64,000 nucleotides of DNA, from assembly GCA_951406725.2 (NCBI GenBank), contig OX597815.1, positions 66,588,001 through 66,652,000 of the forward strand, read 5' to 3'. Each line of letters begins with the position of its first letter. Positions within the stretch are counted from its first letter, which is position 1. The position numbers and the translations under genes are program-made. Below are positions 23,101-35,988 of the stretch, piece by piece. Source of the DNA: Octopus vulgaris. Its lineage: Eukaryota. The notes beneath the pieces are model-generated. The model was given only the letters and a program-made list of their open reading frames with translations. It did no database searches and was not told the DNA's origin.

Positions 23101-26100
23101 GGTTGCTGGTTTTAGCAACCCCAAAATATATTAAGTCTACAGATTGCTGTATTCATTCCAGTATTCTAAATTGGTGTTTCGTTGTTCACACAAATTTTTG
23201 AAGTCAAATCATTTGTCGTGGCAAGTTACGACAATTCCACAAAATTTCATCGTCGCTTACTTGCATCCAACAATAAAAATTATGCTGATACCAAGTTATG
23301 AGTTAATAGTGTTTACAAAAAACATAAAACGTCAATTGTCTTACTACAAATATACTTTAAATGGGGCTGGCATCATCTCTAGCTTCTGAAAATATCATTC
23401 AGCTGTTCTTCAACATAAAATTGGCAGAGGGCCTTAAGAATACATTCTAATTAGCAAAATATTGTGATAATCATAGTAAATACAAAATGTTTAAGAGCAT
23501 TTTATTTTACGAGCATACTGAATGCATAGTCGTTATGAAAACCATTTTAAACCACTACTCTTTAGATGCTAGTATCAGGCAATTATCTAGTAAGGACATA
23601 TTTAGCCAAGTCTACCAGAAACCCTAATCAATACAATATTTAATCTTCTGCCAGACGTAATGTACCGGGGTCCTGCACCTTTTAACAATATAAAGTTTAA
23701 TTTGAAGGACATTTAACTGCAATTACTTTCCGATGGAGCCACCGCATAAGAGGTTAGATGCCTTCGTTGGATCGTGGCAGCAACATGTACTTATAATAAT
23801 TAGCTAAGAAAACTTCATATATTCTTAAGCATACACGACAATATAAAGTAACATAAAGAGTTAACTGAAGGTTTGTTTTCATATATGATGGAGTCAAAAA
23901 TACGTTTGTCAAATGAAACGAAAATGGGCGAAAGAATAAAGATTAGCTATGAAAAAATTGGAAATTGCACTTTCATACTTTTCTCAAAACTTTTCTCAAA
24001 ACAAGATGAATGTTACAGTTCTGAGTAAAGAATGGCAAGATATTGCAGACAGTGTAGCGAGAACTTATTGCTGTGTTATGGCGTCTGCTTCAAGAATAAT
24101 GATGCTACTATGCAAGTAACGGTGATTTGTATTGAGGTGAAAAACCCAATTTGCTTATATATTTTACATAATATAATATAAAATGCATATTTATAGTATT
24201 ATGTTACATCATAGATGTATAATAATATAACAATATTTACATATATATCGCATACAATAATGTATTGTACATACATAGAATATGTACAATACATTATATA
24301 ATTATAAATAACAATACATATAAAATGCAACACACACGCACCCGATAGTTTAATTTTACTTATCTCGACAGGTTTCGAAATCACATTTAGCTGGTGATAA
24401 TTGCATAACAAAAAAAAAAAACAGCCAGCTAATCTACGATACTGCCTGCACCAAATTCTACTACCATAACAATAATGGTAAAAATAACACTGAAGATGAT
24501 AAGCGATATTAAAATGTTAGATAGTTGATTGAATACTATTAAGTAGATCGATATATTTGATATATAGATCCTCTCTCCATCACCACAGTAAAACACGAAA
24601 AACACCGACATGAATATTGTAGACGCGATACTGTCTTAAAAGAATAGCCATAGAAAATTTTATCCAAAGCGTAGCATTTCTAAATAAATAATTCTTAGAT
24701 GATTAACCAACATTTTTTGCTTCAATATTTCTATTTCGAATACTGAAAAAGAAATTGAAGAAAAAAAGAAACGAAGCAAAATGTAATTTTTACAAGACAT
24801 CATGACAGGGTCAAATGGAAGATGGCAACAAGGTTTGGTTTATTGCTTCAGAAAAATTAACATTAAAAATTGGTTGGTTTATTTAGGAAAAATTTAATCT
24901 ATTTTAAAAAAACTAGAAAAAAATTTGTTTAAAAAGTATCTATCATACAAAAAAGAATAGATTGTATATTAATTGTAATTGAAGAACGAGATGTAGAATT
25001 TGTTGTTATTTTTATGTAATGTATGTAGGTTTGGAAAGAAGAGGCTTCGTCTGCATAAATTAACACATTTCTTGTGTTAGCCGGTGGCAGGAAGCAGCAA
25101 GGTACAGCTGATAGAATCTAGAACAAAGACAAGTGGTTGCAGAACTGAACAGAGAGAAAGAGAAAGAGAGCGAGACGGGGAAAACAGCTAAAGAAGCAGG
25201 GGAGGAGGGAGGATAAAGATATAGTGAGAGAAAGACAAAGTAAGAGAGCAAAAGAGAAAAATAGAGAGCAAGAAAGAAATAAAAGAGGAAGAGGAAGAAA
25301 ATATCGTTTATGAAGAGAGAATCTTAAAATGAGAGAAGAAAAAAATTCTTAGTGAAAAATGGGGAATGTGTACAGAAGGAAATGAGACTAAGAAAATAGG
25401 GAAAATACAGAAAAATTTTAAAAGAACAAAAGAATAGGAGAGAGAGAAAAACTAAGAGATAGAGTAAAAGAGTCGGAAGATGGTGTTTAAGAGAGACAGA
25501 GAAAGTACAAATATCCTGATATATTTTAATTAATATGATTATGTGGTGCAGCGGTAGAAAGCCGGTGTCATGCACTGTAGTGTCATACTGTTGTCATTTT
25601 TGATTCTAATTCATTTTGGTGGGGAAGAGACGAAGACCCTAATTGATACCAGTTATATGCTCTAAGTGATGTAGATAGTTCTTTACGATCGATTATCTTA
25701 AGTCGGCACAGGAGCTTGAAATTTATTCAGAAATCGACGTTCCTGGTTTTGAGGACATTTATGACAAATCACAAATACGAAAACAAAAAAAAAAAAACCT
25801 AAAGCCGACAATTTATGTTATGAACTCTGTTTAACGAGATCCCCTCCCACTTTTTCCCCTAAATATATACCTAAACACTCATCTATTTTAATCTATATAC
25901 GTTTATGAACATTTTCTAAAATTAAATAAATTGCTATTTAAAACTAGTTGTCGAAAAAAGACTTCTGGTTCAACGAGAAATGAATGAAATAAATCTAAAA
26001 AAAATACTGACGATCTCAGTGTAGCTTATCATATATAATTATTCTATTTAAAGAAATAGCTTCTAATAAAATTATTAATCATAATTATCAAAGATAATCA

Positions 26101-26574
26101 TCAATGAATTATATGTGAAGAACTAGCTCAGCTTCATATTTAGAGAACTAATAAAAAGGCCATTCGATTTTTAGACAGCCGAGCAGATTTCTACAGTAAA
26201 ACAGCAATATATATTAAATACATTACAGCAGCTTTATCTTTCCTCGCTCTATTTCCTTTTGTTGAAAAATAAAATCGAATTCAGTTCACAGTACAAGTAA
26301 TAAAAAAGAAAATTCAACACACTGAATATATTATTTCTAAATGAATAAGTGTATGTGTCTAGATGTTATCAGTATAATCACGAGACAGGTTTTTACAGAT
26401 GGACAATAAGAGATTAGTTCGTGTCTTATTCCTGGATATATAATATAAATTATAATTATTTATTAGCGACAGCATTATAAATATAAAATAGGAGGTATTA
26501 ATGGTTCTATACACACACACTATTTATACAATAATTAAAACGCAAGAGGAATGTAATAATGTATGACAACTTAC

Positions 26575-26776
26575 CGGCGTGCGAGACGTACTCGTCCCGT
26601 TCAAAATCAGATTCAATCACAGAAGAAACAATAGCTGGTGTTCGTTCTTTCTTCGATCGACCACTACCAAGGATCTGACCAGCTTTATGAACAAGTTTGT
26701 CTTGGAGTGTCAAGGTAATTTTGGCTGGAACTAATGGTTCTTTCTTCATAGAGTGTAACTCGAGGGGTTTGTTCAT
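26575..26776 (-). CDS. DDIT4: DDIT4/REDD1-like protein, first coding exon (MNKPLELHSMKKEP...DEYVSHA)
   Basis: ATG at 26776; canonical donor G|GTAAGT at 26574, phase 1. It joins in frame to the 18926 acceptor (G+AT=Asp; ...YVSHA-D-AHIPGMNSYGEF...). 202+512=714 nt gives 237 aa, a typical family size. An extra small exon within the 7.6 kb intron cannot be excluded. Confidence 0.82.
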
Positions 26777-27329
26777 CGCAAGCAAAAATTAGATGACAAC
26801 AGAAATAACACAAAATAAATAATAATAAATGTGAGTGAAATATAGATGGATTTTGGCTTGGTTTGAGTGTTCTTCGTTTGAGGTTTTTTTGGGTTTTTTT
26901 TATGTTCTCTAATCACGAACTTAAGGTAGACATAAAGAGATTACAGCAACCAATTAAGTATCTGATTAGGGGGAAAGACACTTCACAGCTGATTCGTTGA
27001 CAATTCTTTCTTCAGTCAAGTGAAGGGTTTCTCTTTTACTTTCAACCTGGATTTGCAGAGACAAAGGGCGGTGATGAGAGATTCTGGTAGATATGGATGG
27101 AATAATTAATAAATTGTTTGAACATTCAACAGACAGAAAAGAAATCTTGCGACTGTGGTGGTTAATCATTCAAACCGTTTTCCCACTCGAATGCAAATGA
27201 TTAATAGAATATATATTTTGTGTCTACCTAACAACTATCATCAAAATACCACACACGCACTACCGAACCTACTTTAGTAGTAGACAACAGTAAGTCTCTG
27301 CCTTTCTTTCTCACTCACATTCACTCTAA

Positions 27330-27445
27330 ATTATGGCTGTGCTCCGTGCTACCAAGCCTGGCCTTTATATAAGCAGCGACTTACCCTCACATTTGCATAT
27401 TAATTAGTTATACTGCAATTTGATTGGTTGTCATATGTCACACGC
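27330..27445 (-). promoter_or_regulatory. Putative core promoter of the DDIT4-like gene
   Basis: Minus strand shows TATATAAA (27371-27364), octamer ATGCAAAT (27398-27391), CCAAT (27427-27423) and GCGTG (27445-27441) in canonical order. TSS inferred near 27340. Confidence 0.7.
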
Positions 27446-27899
27446 TCTTTCGTCGCTCAACAGAGATAGAAACAGGACGATTATGACGACGACCACGACG
27501 GTGCCTGCTTATAAGTGTGTGCAAGTCAGTGTATCATTATCTATGTGTGTGCACATCTGTATGTATCATTATTTGTTTGTTTCTGTCTATGTGTAAGCGT
27601 GCAATCTGCTACTAGGAAAAGAAAACTGTATTTCATCAGATTTTCTTTTTGTGGCTAATTTACATATATACACACACGCACACATACAGTTTTATAGCGA
27701 GGTGTGTCTGTTTAAGTAAAACGTCTGTGTGTATGTATATAATATATATATACACACACAATTGACCTATAAATATATATATAAAATTAAAATAGCAACA
27801 GGATATATATATATATTTATATATATATATACACACATATATAATTGACCTGTATTATATATAGGTCGATTATATATGAAATATATACATTCTATTATT

Positions 27900-28575
27900 A
27901 TTCTTTTGTTTCAGTCATTTGACTGCGGCCATGCTGGAGCGTCACCTTAAAGGGATTTTAGTCGAAGAAATCGACCCCATAACTTATTCTTAATAAGCCT
28001 ATTATTCTATCGGTCTTTTTTGCCGAACCGCTAAATTACAGGGATGTAAACACACCAACATCGGTTGCTGAGCGATGGGGGGGGGGGGCAAACACATACA
28101 CACACACATATATATACACACACATACTACTCAACGAGCTTCTACTAAATCCACCTACAAGGATTTGGTCGGCCCGAGGCTATAGAAGACACCCAGCTGT
28201 CACGCAGTGGGACTGAACCCGAAACCATGTGGTTTGGAAGCAAGTTTCTTTGTGTGGTAAGAAGCTAGCATCTCAACCACATGGTTCCGAGTTCAGTCCC
28301 ACTGTGTGGCACTTTGGGCAAGTGCCTTGCGTGTGGATTTGGTAGATGGAAACTGAAAGAAGCTCGTATTATACACACACATCTATGTCCGTGTGTTTTT
28401 GTCTCCGCATCATTGCATGACAACCAGTGTTGGTGTGTTTATGTCCCCGTAACTTAGCGGTTCAGAATAAGTACTAGGCTTTAAAATAAGTGTTGGGGGT
28501 TGAATTGTTCGACAAAAACACTTCAAGGCGGTGCTCCAGCATGGCCGCAGTCAAAAGTTCGAAACCAATAAAAAG
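27900..28575. mobile_element. Head-to-head pair of SINE A copies (27900-28250 minus; 28250-28575 plus)
   Basis: Family A sequence in opposite orientations, meeting at the tRNA heads near 28250. Confidence 0.8.
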
Positions 28576-29054
28576 AATATATATACAGTAATCACTCGCT
28601 ATAATCGCAGTTTATTATTCCTCCGTGGTGTTTTGCATTTATAATAAAATATATATATATATACAAATTATAAAAATAATTTTAAAAAATACAGTGCAGT
28701 ACTTTATCTACTTCGCGGATTTTCACCTATCGCAGAGTATTTTGGAATGTAACACCCGCGATAGTCGAGGGATTACTGTATATACCTGCACACATATTTT
28801 TTACTTTTCCCTCTGTTAGAAGTTGATAGAATAAGAATGTGTGTATGAGTGTGTTTTCCTCCCCACCACCTGATCGCAATCAAATGACTGAAACAAATAA
28901 AAGAATTAAAAAAAAAGCGCATGTTTCTGTATGCATGTATGTACATGGACATGTGTTTGTTCGTATGTACGCGCGTGTGAGTTTTTCCCCACCCACCCCT
29001 AATGTATACTTTAGATATACACGTCCATATTTATATATGGATATATCTTATCTT

Positions 29055-29250
29055 TTATTTGTTTCAGTTATTGAACTGCAGCCATTCTGGGGCACCGCTT
29101 GAAGAATTTTTGTCCAACGAATCAACCCCAGTACTTTTCTTTTTAGAGCCTGGTACTTATTGAATTGGTCTTTTTTGCCGAACCGCTAAGTTACGGGGAC
29201 GTAAACACACCGACACCAGTTTCCAGTGAGGAAGAAGAGGACAAACACAA
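29055..29250 (-). mobile_element. SINE A 3' half
   Basis: TTTGCCGAACCGCTAAGTTACGGGGACGTAAACACACC. Confidence 0.75.
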
Positions 29251-29329
29251 GCGCGCACGCTCACACACATATATTTATAATATATTCTGTTTTATCAACT
29301 ACTAACAGAGGGAAAAGTTTTTAAAAATG

Positions 29330-30600
29330 GGCTCTAGAAGGATTTGAACTCAGAACGTAATATTTTACCATTTCTGTTGACTAACTGCAAGATTATCCAC
29401 AATAATCCCTTCCGCTATAGACTCAAGATTTGAAATTTTGGCCGAAGGAGCTAGTTGATGCCATTGTCCGCATAGCTCGACTTGCACATATTTCATCTAC
29501 TCAGAAACGATGAAAGGTTAAGTCGACCTCGGGCGAAACTTAAACATTGGAAGTCTACTCAGTCTAGATGAACTTAGCATCTCCATCGCACTCAGATGTC
29601 TGTAGGCGACTGAGATGCCGCTGTGGTAGGCCCCTCGACCCCACAGGTTTTTACGGTCTGTCTTGCCGCTTAATGCTGGTCACTTCGCTCGTCACACCCA
29701 GCTAAACCTAATCATTAAGCGGTTCCTGGCTCGGATTAATATCCCCTCAGTTCTGGAGCAGTCGGGGTTATCCAGAAGCGATGTAAAGAGACCAGGTGGT
29801 CTTACCCTCTGTCCCTGGGTTAGAAAGTTAATCTTGCGATGAATTGATGTCCAAGTTGGCTTCAGCGGGATTTGAACTCAGAACGTAAAAGATTCTATCT
29901 AAATACTACTCACTGAACTTTTCATTTGGAAAGAATAGCTGTGTCTGACAAAGGTGCAAGACCTGAAATTTGTGAGGAGGGGGGTAATCGATTAAATTAA
30001 CCCCAGTATTTGACATCCGGATCTATGAAAGGTAAAACTATGATTGAACTCAGATCATAAAAGACCATAAATACATGCCACTTAAACATTTCTATCATCT
30101 ACTGTCTAAATTTTGGGGGATAGGGATAGTCCATACCATCGCCCCTCAGTATTTTATTTTATCGACCTCCGAAAGGCAAAGTCGACCTCGATGGGATTTA
30201 AACTCAGAACTAATATTCCTTTCTAATATAGGCGCAAGGCCTGAAATTTTGGAAGAAGGGAGAGGCTAGTCGATTACATCAACCACAGTGCGCCGCTGGT
30301 ACTTATTTCATCAACCCCAGTGCACCACTGGTACTTATTTTATTGACCCTGAACAGATAAAAGGCAAAGTCGACCTCGATAGAATTTGAACTCAGAACAT
30401 AAAGACAGTCGAAACGCCGCTAAGCATTTGCCCTGCATGCAATTGATTCTGTCAGTTCACCGCACTAACCAGAACTAATCTTGCAAAGTATATTTTGTGG
30501 CACTTAATCGCTTCTGCCAAGCAACCACCATTAAATAATTGTTTCGAATTTAGGCACAAGTTCAGCAATTTTTCAAAGGAGGTGTTTAGCCAATTCCATT
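29330..30600 (-). mobile_element. Cluster of minus-strand SINE B fragments
   Basis: Repeated AAAGGCAAAGTCGACCTCG...ATTTGAACTCAGAAC and GGC.CAAGGCCTGAAATTTT motifs. Confidence 0.75.
29548..29845 (+). pseudogene. C-terminal zinc-knuckle/restriction-like endonuclease fragment of an early-branching (CRE-like) non-LTR retrotransposon
   Basis: ISIALR...CRCGRPLDPTG..GLSCRLNAGHFARHTQLNLIIKRFLARINIPSVLEQSGLSRSDVKRPGGLTLCPW, a decayed C-x-C..H..C plus KRPDG motif. Confidence 0.7.
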
Positions 30601-30779
30601 GATCCTGGTACTTGACTATATATATATATATTGTTTATTGACACGAAGAAATTTTATCTCTCACAGTTTCATGGCATCATACCATATAATGGTGTGTATA
30701 CTTTTAGTTTTTCATATATCAATGTCGATTTTAATTTCATGTTGTTTCCTTAGCGTCCATCATTTTTTTAATAAGCATT

Positions 30780-30834
<55 letters not shown>

Positions 30835-31049
30835 GTGTGTGTGTGTACAATATTAAATTGAGATTATTTCAAAGCTAGTTTAAGATTAACAACGGAAGAA
30901 TTACTGATGGAGGGAGTCAATATCGAGAGTAGTCAAATTAATTATAAAGTTACATCTATCTATCTATCTACGTCAGAATAACTGGGGAGATAAAGGCTTT
31001 TAGCAAATGACCACAAAGTGTAGTTGCTCGATCTGTTAGAAATAGCAAC

Positions 31050-31104
<55 letters not shown>

Positions 31105-32016
31105 AGCGAAGCAAACATCGAGAATGACATTTCTGAGAGAGAGACTTGGGGTTGGTAGACAAGCAATGAAAAGACCTTAACTCATGACAAAAATCAGAGA
31201 AGTAACCAAAAGAACTAGTATGAAAAACAGATGGCAAACCTGGGGTAGAAATAGCGGATGTAGCCAGCCTCATTGGTTGTATAGCATAGGATAGACTAAA
31301 AAAAAAAAAAAAGACATTTTGTCTCTGATTTCCTCGTGGCTATCCACAGTAATTTTTACTCTTATCATTATCGCTAACTGTAAAGTTTGTGGATTGAAAG
31401 TTAACCAGTTTTATATTTGTTAGCATACATGTAAGAGTACGTTGCTTTCAAAGGTGTTCGTAACAGCACGAACTCAATGTTGTCAAGCACTGAATCTTCT
31501 GGTACTGCTCCGGGAATAACTAGAACCAGAAGAAGCAAATTATAATTGTCAATTTCGCTGATCAAGGTAAAATAATTCCCTTATATTTCTGGTAGTACAA
31601 AGAGCAAAATAGGAGCGACTGACCTTTCGTTTGTCATGTTAGGTGAATGTTGCATATTCACAATACGGCACCAAATTGGTGGAAAAGTCAATGATTCGAG
31701 TAATGAATTTGTCATGTTAGTCAAAAACTATTATTTCTGAATTCGTAGCAGTTTGTTTAAAACGATGGACGTTCATTCATTTGTGTTGTTCCTAGTTACT
31801 GTTTACTGTATATCTCTATATTTTCTATATATATTAATAGTTTATATAAATGTTGGTTGATAATCACCAGTCATGTTTTACATCGTACACAGAGAGAGGG
31901 ATACTAGGAGAGTAAACATAAGTCATGCTGGATGAGTGCGCATACAAAGCTTGGTAGCAAGTAATGAGTAAATGAACGTTACACACTTACACACAGAGAA
32001 AAAAGAGGAGAGGAAG

Positions 32017-32047
<31 letters not shown>

Positions 32048-33344
32048 CAAGCCTGAACACCAAACCGTTAATCCATTAATTAACGAAGTTAATATTTTCG
32101 TTAACGATTTAACTTTTAATTTAACTTTGGAAATCATTATCGGACTAATTAACTTCTGTTACATTTAACTTCCGTTAACTCAAGTTGCTGCGACGACCTT
32201 TAAGAAGAACTTGAAGACCAAGGGCTTCGTCTACTGCAGCGCCTTGGTCGACGCACTTTTGGCAAGCATTGACAAACTGTTTAGAACCCTCTTGGAGGAT
32301 GGGGAATACCAGCTGGCTGCTGCCTTGCACCCCAGGTTTCGCCTCATCTGGTTGGATAAGTATCACAACACCAAGGTTGCCAAGGTGAAGAAAAGTATAA
32401 AGGGTGTAAGGTCGAGGAGGCCATGAGGTAGCAGTTTGACGAAGTGAGCAGCTTCAGTGGAGGTAGCAACAACGAAGAGGAGGAGGACTTCTTCGGTGGT
32501 GTCACCCAGCCAAAAGAGAGCAGTAGGATCCACAGGTCACTCAAGGACAAGGCCCAAAATTTAGTCAAGACCTGATTGGAGACTGACTCCAAGGATTTGC
32601 TGACAGATGCTGCCTTCTTAGATGAACAAGTGTTGGTGGACTTGTTCATAAAGTTCAACACAACCATCCCCTCCAGTGCTGCAGTGGAGCGTTTGCTCTC
32701 TATGAGCAAGGGTATCTTGAGGGCCAAGAGATCATCCCTGTCTGATGAAAACTTTGACATGCTAATTTTCTTGAAGGGCAATGTGCATCTCATCAACAAA
32801 AATGGACAAGAAGAAGAAACGGAAAAATTAAATTATGTATATATCGTGTTCTTCATTTTGTCGACTTTTATTTTTTTACAACCACTCTATGAATAAACTT
32901 TTTTAGTTTAATACTAACATTGTGTTTCATTTGGGGTTTTTTTTTTTATCCTTTCATGACTCTAAAAGCCTTTAGAAACATAAAGCGGGCCAAAACTCTA
33001 AAAATCAGCCCTTTTTAGGTCTTTTAAAAATTGAAACTATAAAATAGCATTTTTCAACTCTAAAGCAAAAAAACCCCAAAAAAACTATGACTTTGAGGTT
33101 CTAAGCCCATTTGAAAGACAAAAAAAGGTTGATTTTCTAGTTTTGGCACTTTTTAAAGGTGTTTTAGGTGGTTTTAGAGCAAAAACTGATTTTTGTTTTG
33201 TTTTTTTCTATAATAAAAAAATTAATGTTAACGGTTTATCGATAACTTGTTACATTTTAAAACAATAACCAAATTAACAATTATCGAAGATTTCCTTTTC
33301 GATAACGGATTAACGGTTAGCGAAGTTAACTTTTACCACCTTTG
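32048..33344 (+). mobile_element. Deleted hAT transposon retaining the C-terminal dimerisation domain
   Basis: LAAALHPRFRL and LFIKFNTTIPSSAAVERLLSMSKGILRAKRSSLSDENFDMLIFLK. GTTAAC/TTAACG subterminal repeats at both ends; TIRs not cleanly resolved. Confidence 0.8.
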
Positions 33345-34734
33345 ATATGTATATATGAGAAAGAGGATGGCTGAAAATGTTTGCGTAGAACTTCATAATG
33401 TAAAAACGATTAATGTTTTAGAAAATTACTATTTGTAAATCTCACAACGGGTGATATTCAGCAACTGTACTTTGGAGTAAAGATTGTTTGCCAACATAAC
33501 ATGGCAGTTCTGGTTTAGAACGAATGTTGCTGTAATTTAGCCCCATGAGACATCGTCTCCAGCTGGCTATATGACACGATGTGTGTCATATTTTCGAACA
33601 AAGGAATCTAGCACCTCCACTCAGCCCAAAACAATATCTGTGTATCGCGATTTCCGGGTTATTTCCCTTTATCAGCAGAGAATAATTGTTCGGCTAGAGG
33701 TGACACTGCCAAATTCCCATTCAAAATTTTTTTTTTTTTTAAACTTTTTGAAAATTGTTTTATTTAATTTGGTTTTAAGGTAATACATATATTTCTTTTG
33801 AAAATAAACATTCGTTTAATCATTCCTTAAGAGACCCAAGAAATTTTTCTTTGGCATTATATACATTTGAATACTTCATAGAGTTTTATATCCAAGAGCA
33901 GAATAAAACCAGAGATTCAGTTAAACTTTTTATTATAGTATCATAAATTACGTAAGTGTTACACGTGTTTCAATAACATATGCTGGTATGTTTGTGCGGT
34001 GTATGTTACACTTTAGAACGCCAGATGTTCAGAAGAATATAATTTAATCCACTGTTAATCACCAGCCTCAGTTGGTAGGCAGAGCTAAACAAGAACTGCT
34101 AGTACTAAGGTGATTATGTGACCGTCTTCTCACGTTCGCACATACGCACAAACACATGTACAGACAAACAAGTATCCTTGTTTTGGAAACCACATGTACT
34201 CTTTAAATTGAAAAATGGAAACATATTCTTTTATAGTTTCGTTAGTTTCAGCCAGAGACTGTCGCCATGCTGGAGCAACACCATTAACGTTAATATTTGT
34301 TTATTTTAGACTAATTTTTCGGTCCTCTCTCTATAATTGACCCAGCTAGAAGAAATGCCTTTTGCTGACCACTGAAGAAGTGTTTTACAAAATTATATAA
34401 TGTTTCAGCACCAATTGTGTAATTCTGATGGTAATTTAAGGAAACGCATGTATGTTTGATAAAGCATAGAATACCATACCCGTTTTCTGTATTTTATTAA
34501 TACTAAAACTTGGAGATTAAAACCTAGAGAGCAGTGACCTGATAGAAACGAGAAGGCGACGGAGTAAATAAATGCTTTGCGGTACTTAGTTCCGGCCCTT
34601 TGTAATCTGAATTCGAATCCTGTCAGGATGGACTTCGCTTTTCTTCTTTCCAGAGTCGAGAAATAAGTACCAGTAATATACAGAGGTATAATTTTTAATT
34701 GACTGTGCCCACCCCACCTCAATAATGAGTGCCC

Positions 34735-35988
34735 GGATCTTTTCCTTTTGATGGACGGAATTTTCTAGTTAACTAAACAATTTGAAACTGGTAGAATGTG
34801 TCAAAAGAAAACATTATTGTAAACAAAATTGTAATTTGTAAGTTTAACGTAGTTTAATTATTCGAATTTTAACCAATGAAATCGCAGCATTTGAGCTCAA
34901 ATCATTTGCTGCGTCTAAAAACTCACACACACACGTCTTATTCATCCTTCTCTCTCTTCTGTCTTCTGTCTTCTGCGTGTGCTAGAAATAACAGCTATAT
35001 CTCTTAAATCGATGAATTTCGTCGCCCAATAAATATATTAACGATATTTTTTGAATATTTTCTTTATTTTTTTTTTACCGAAAAGGCTTCTCCCATGGTT
35101 TTGAAGGGCCAGAAACAGCAAAAACAAAACATTAATATGCCTAAAGCGGTCTAGAGTTTGCGCGTGGAGTGTGAGTCGTATTGTAAAAATTTGCGAAATA
35201 TTTTTTCATAAAAGGATGCCCCAGCTTGTCGGAAGCTGTGATATAAATTGGGAAAAAAAATCCTCGACACCAGTGCATAATTAGTACTTAATTTATCGAC
35301 CCCGAAACGATGAAACATTGACCCCCCCACTTCCTTCTGGTTTATTTACCTTTTGTGTAAATTTGTTGCGGCAAGGGGCAAAACACAGAGGGGGCAAAGC
35401 ATGAGATACAAATGTATGAAGTCGATTCTATCGACCCCGAAACGATGAAACATTGCCCCCCCCCCCAACTTCTGGTTTATTTACCTTTTGTGTAAATTTG
35501 TTGCGGCAAGGGGCAACTCACGAGCGTGTATGTATGCTTGTGTGCGTATGTGTGTGTATGTATATCTCCGTTTGTATGTGTGTGTACGCTTATATATTAA
35601 TTACTATGTGCTTGTGCAAATGTATATGCATGTGTTTGAGAGAGAGAGAGAGTGTGTGTATGTGTGTGTGCAAGTGTACGTGTGTATGTATCTGAATATG
35701 TGTGTGTGTGTGTGTTTGCGGCATGCGTCTGCTATGTTTCTTTATCAATATCGATAACGCAGCAAATGATTTGAGCTCAAATGCGCGGATTTCATTGGCT
35801 AAAATTCGAAGATGCTGGGATTTCATTGGTTAAAATTCGAATAATTAAACTACGTTAAACTTACAAATTACAATTTTGTTTTCAATTTTGTTTACAATAA
35901 TGTTTTCTTTTGACACATTCTACCAGTATACGAAGTTTCAAATTGTTTAGTTAACTAGAAAATTCCGTCCATCAAAAGGAAAAGATCC
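34735..35988. mobile_element. Non-autonomous DNA transposon, Merlin-like (long TIRs starting GG, 8-bp TSD)
   Basis: TIRs ~34735-34914 and 35757-35988 (GGATCTTTTCCTTTTGATGGACGG...). TSD GAGTGCCC at 34727-34734 and 35989-35996. No transposase. Confidence 0.78.

Noticed and set aside
25140-25500. Polypurine tract and hydrophobic ORFs in the intron
   Set aside because: Low-complexity GA-rich sequence without convincing splice or coding evidence.
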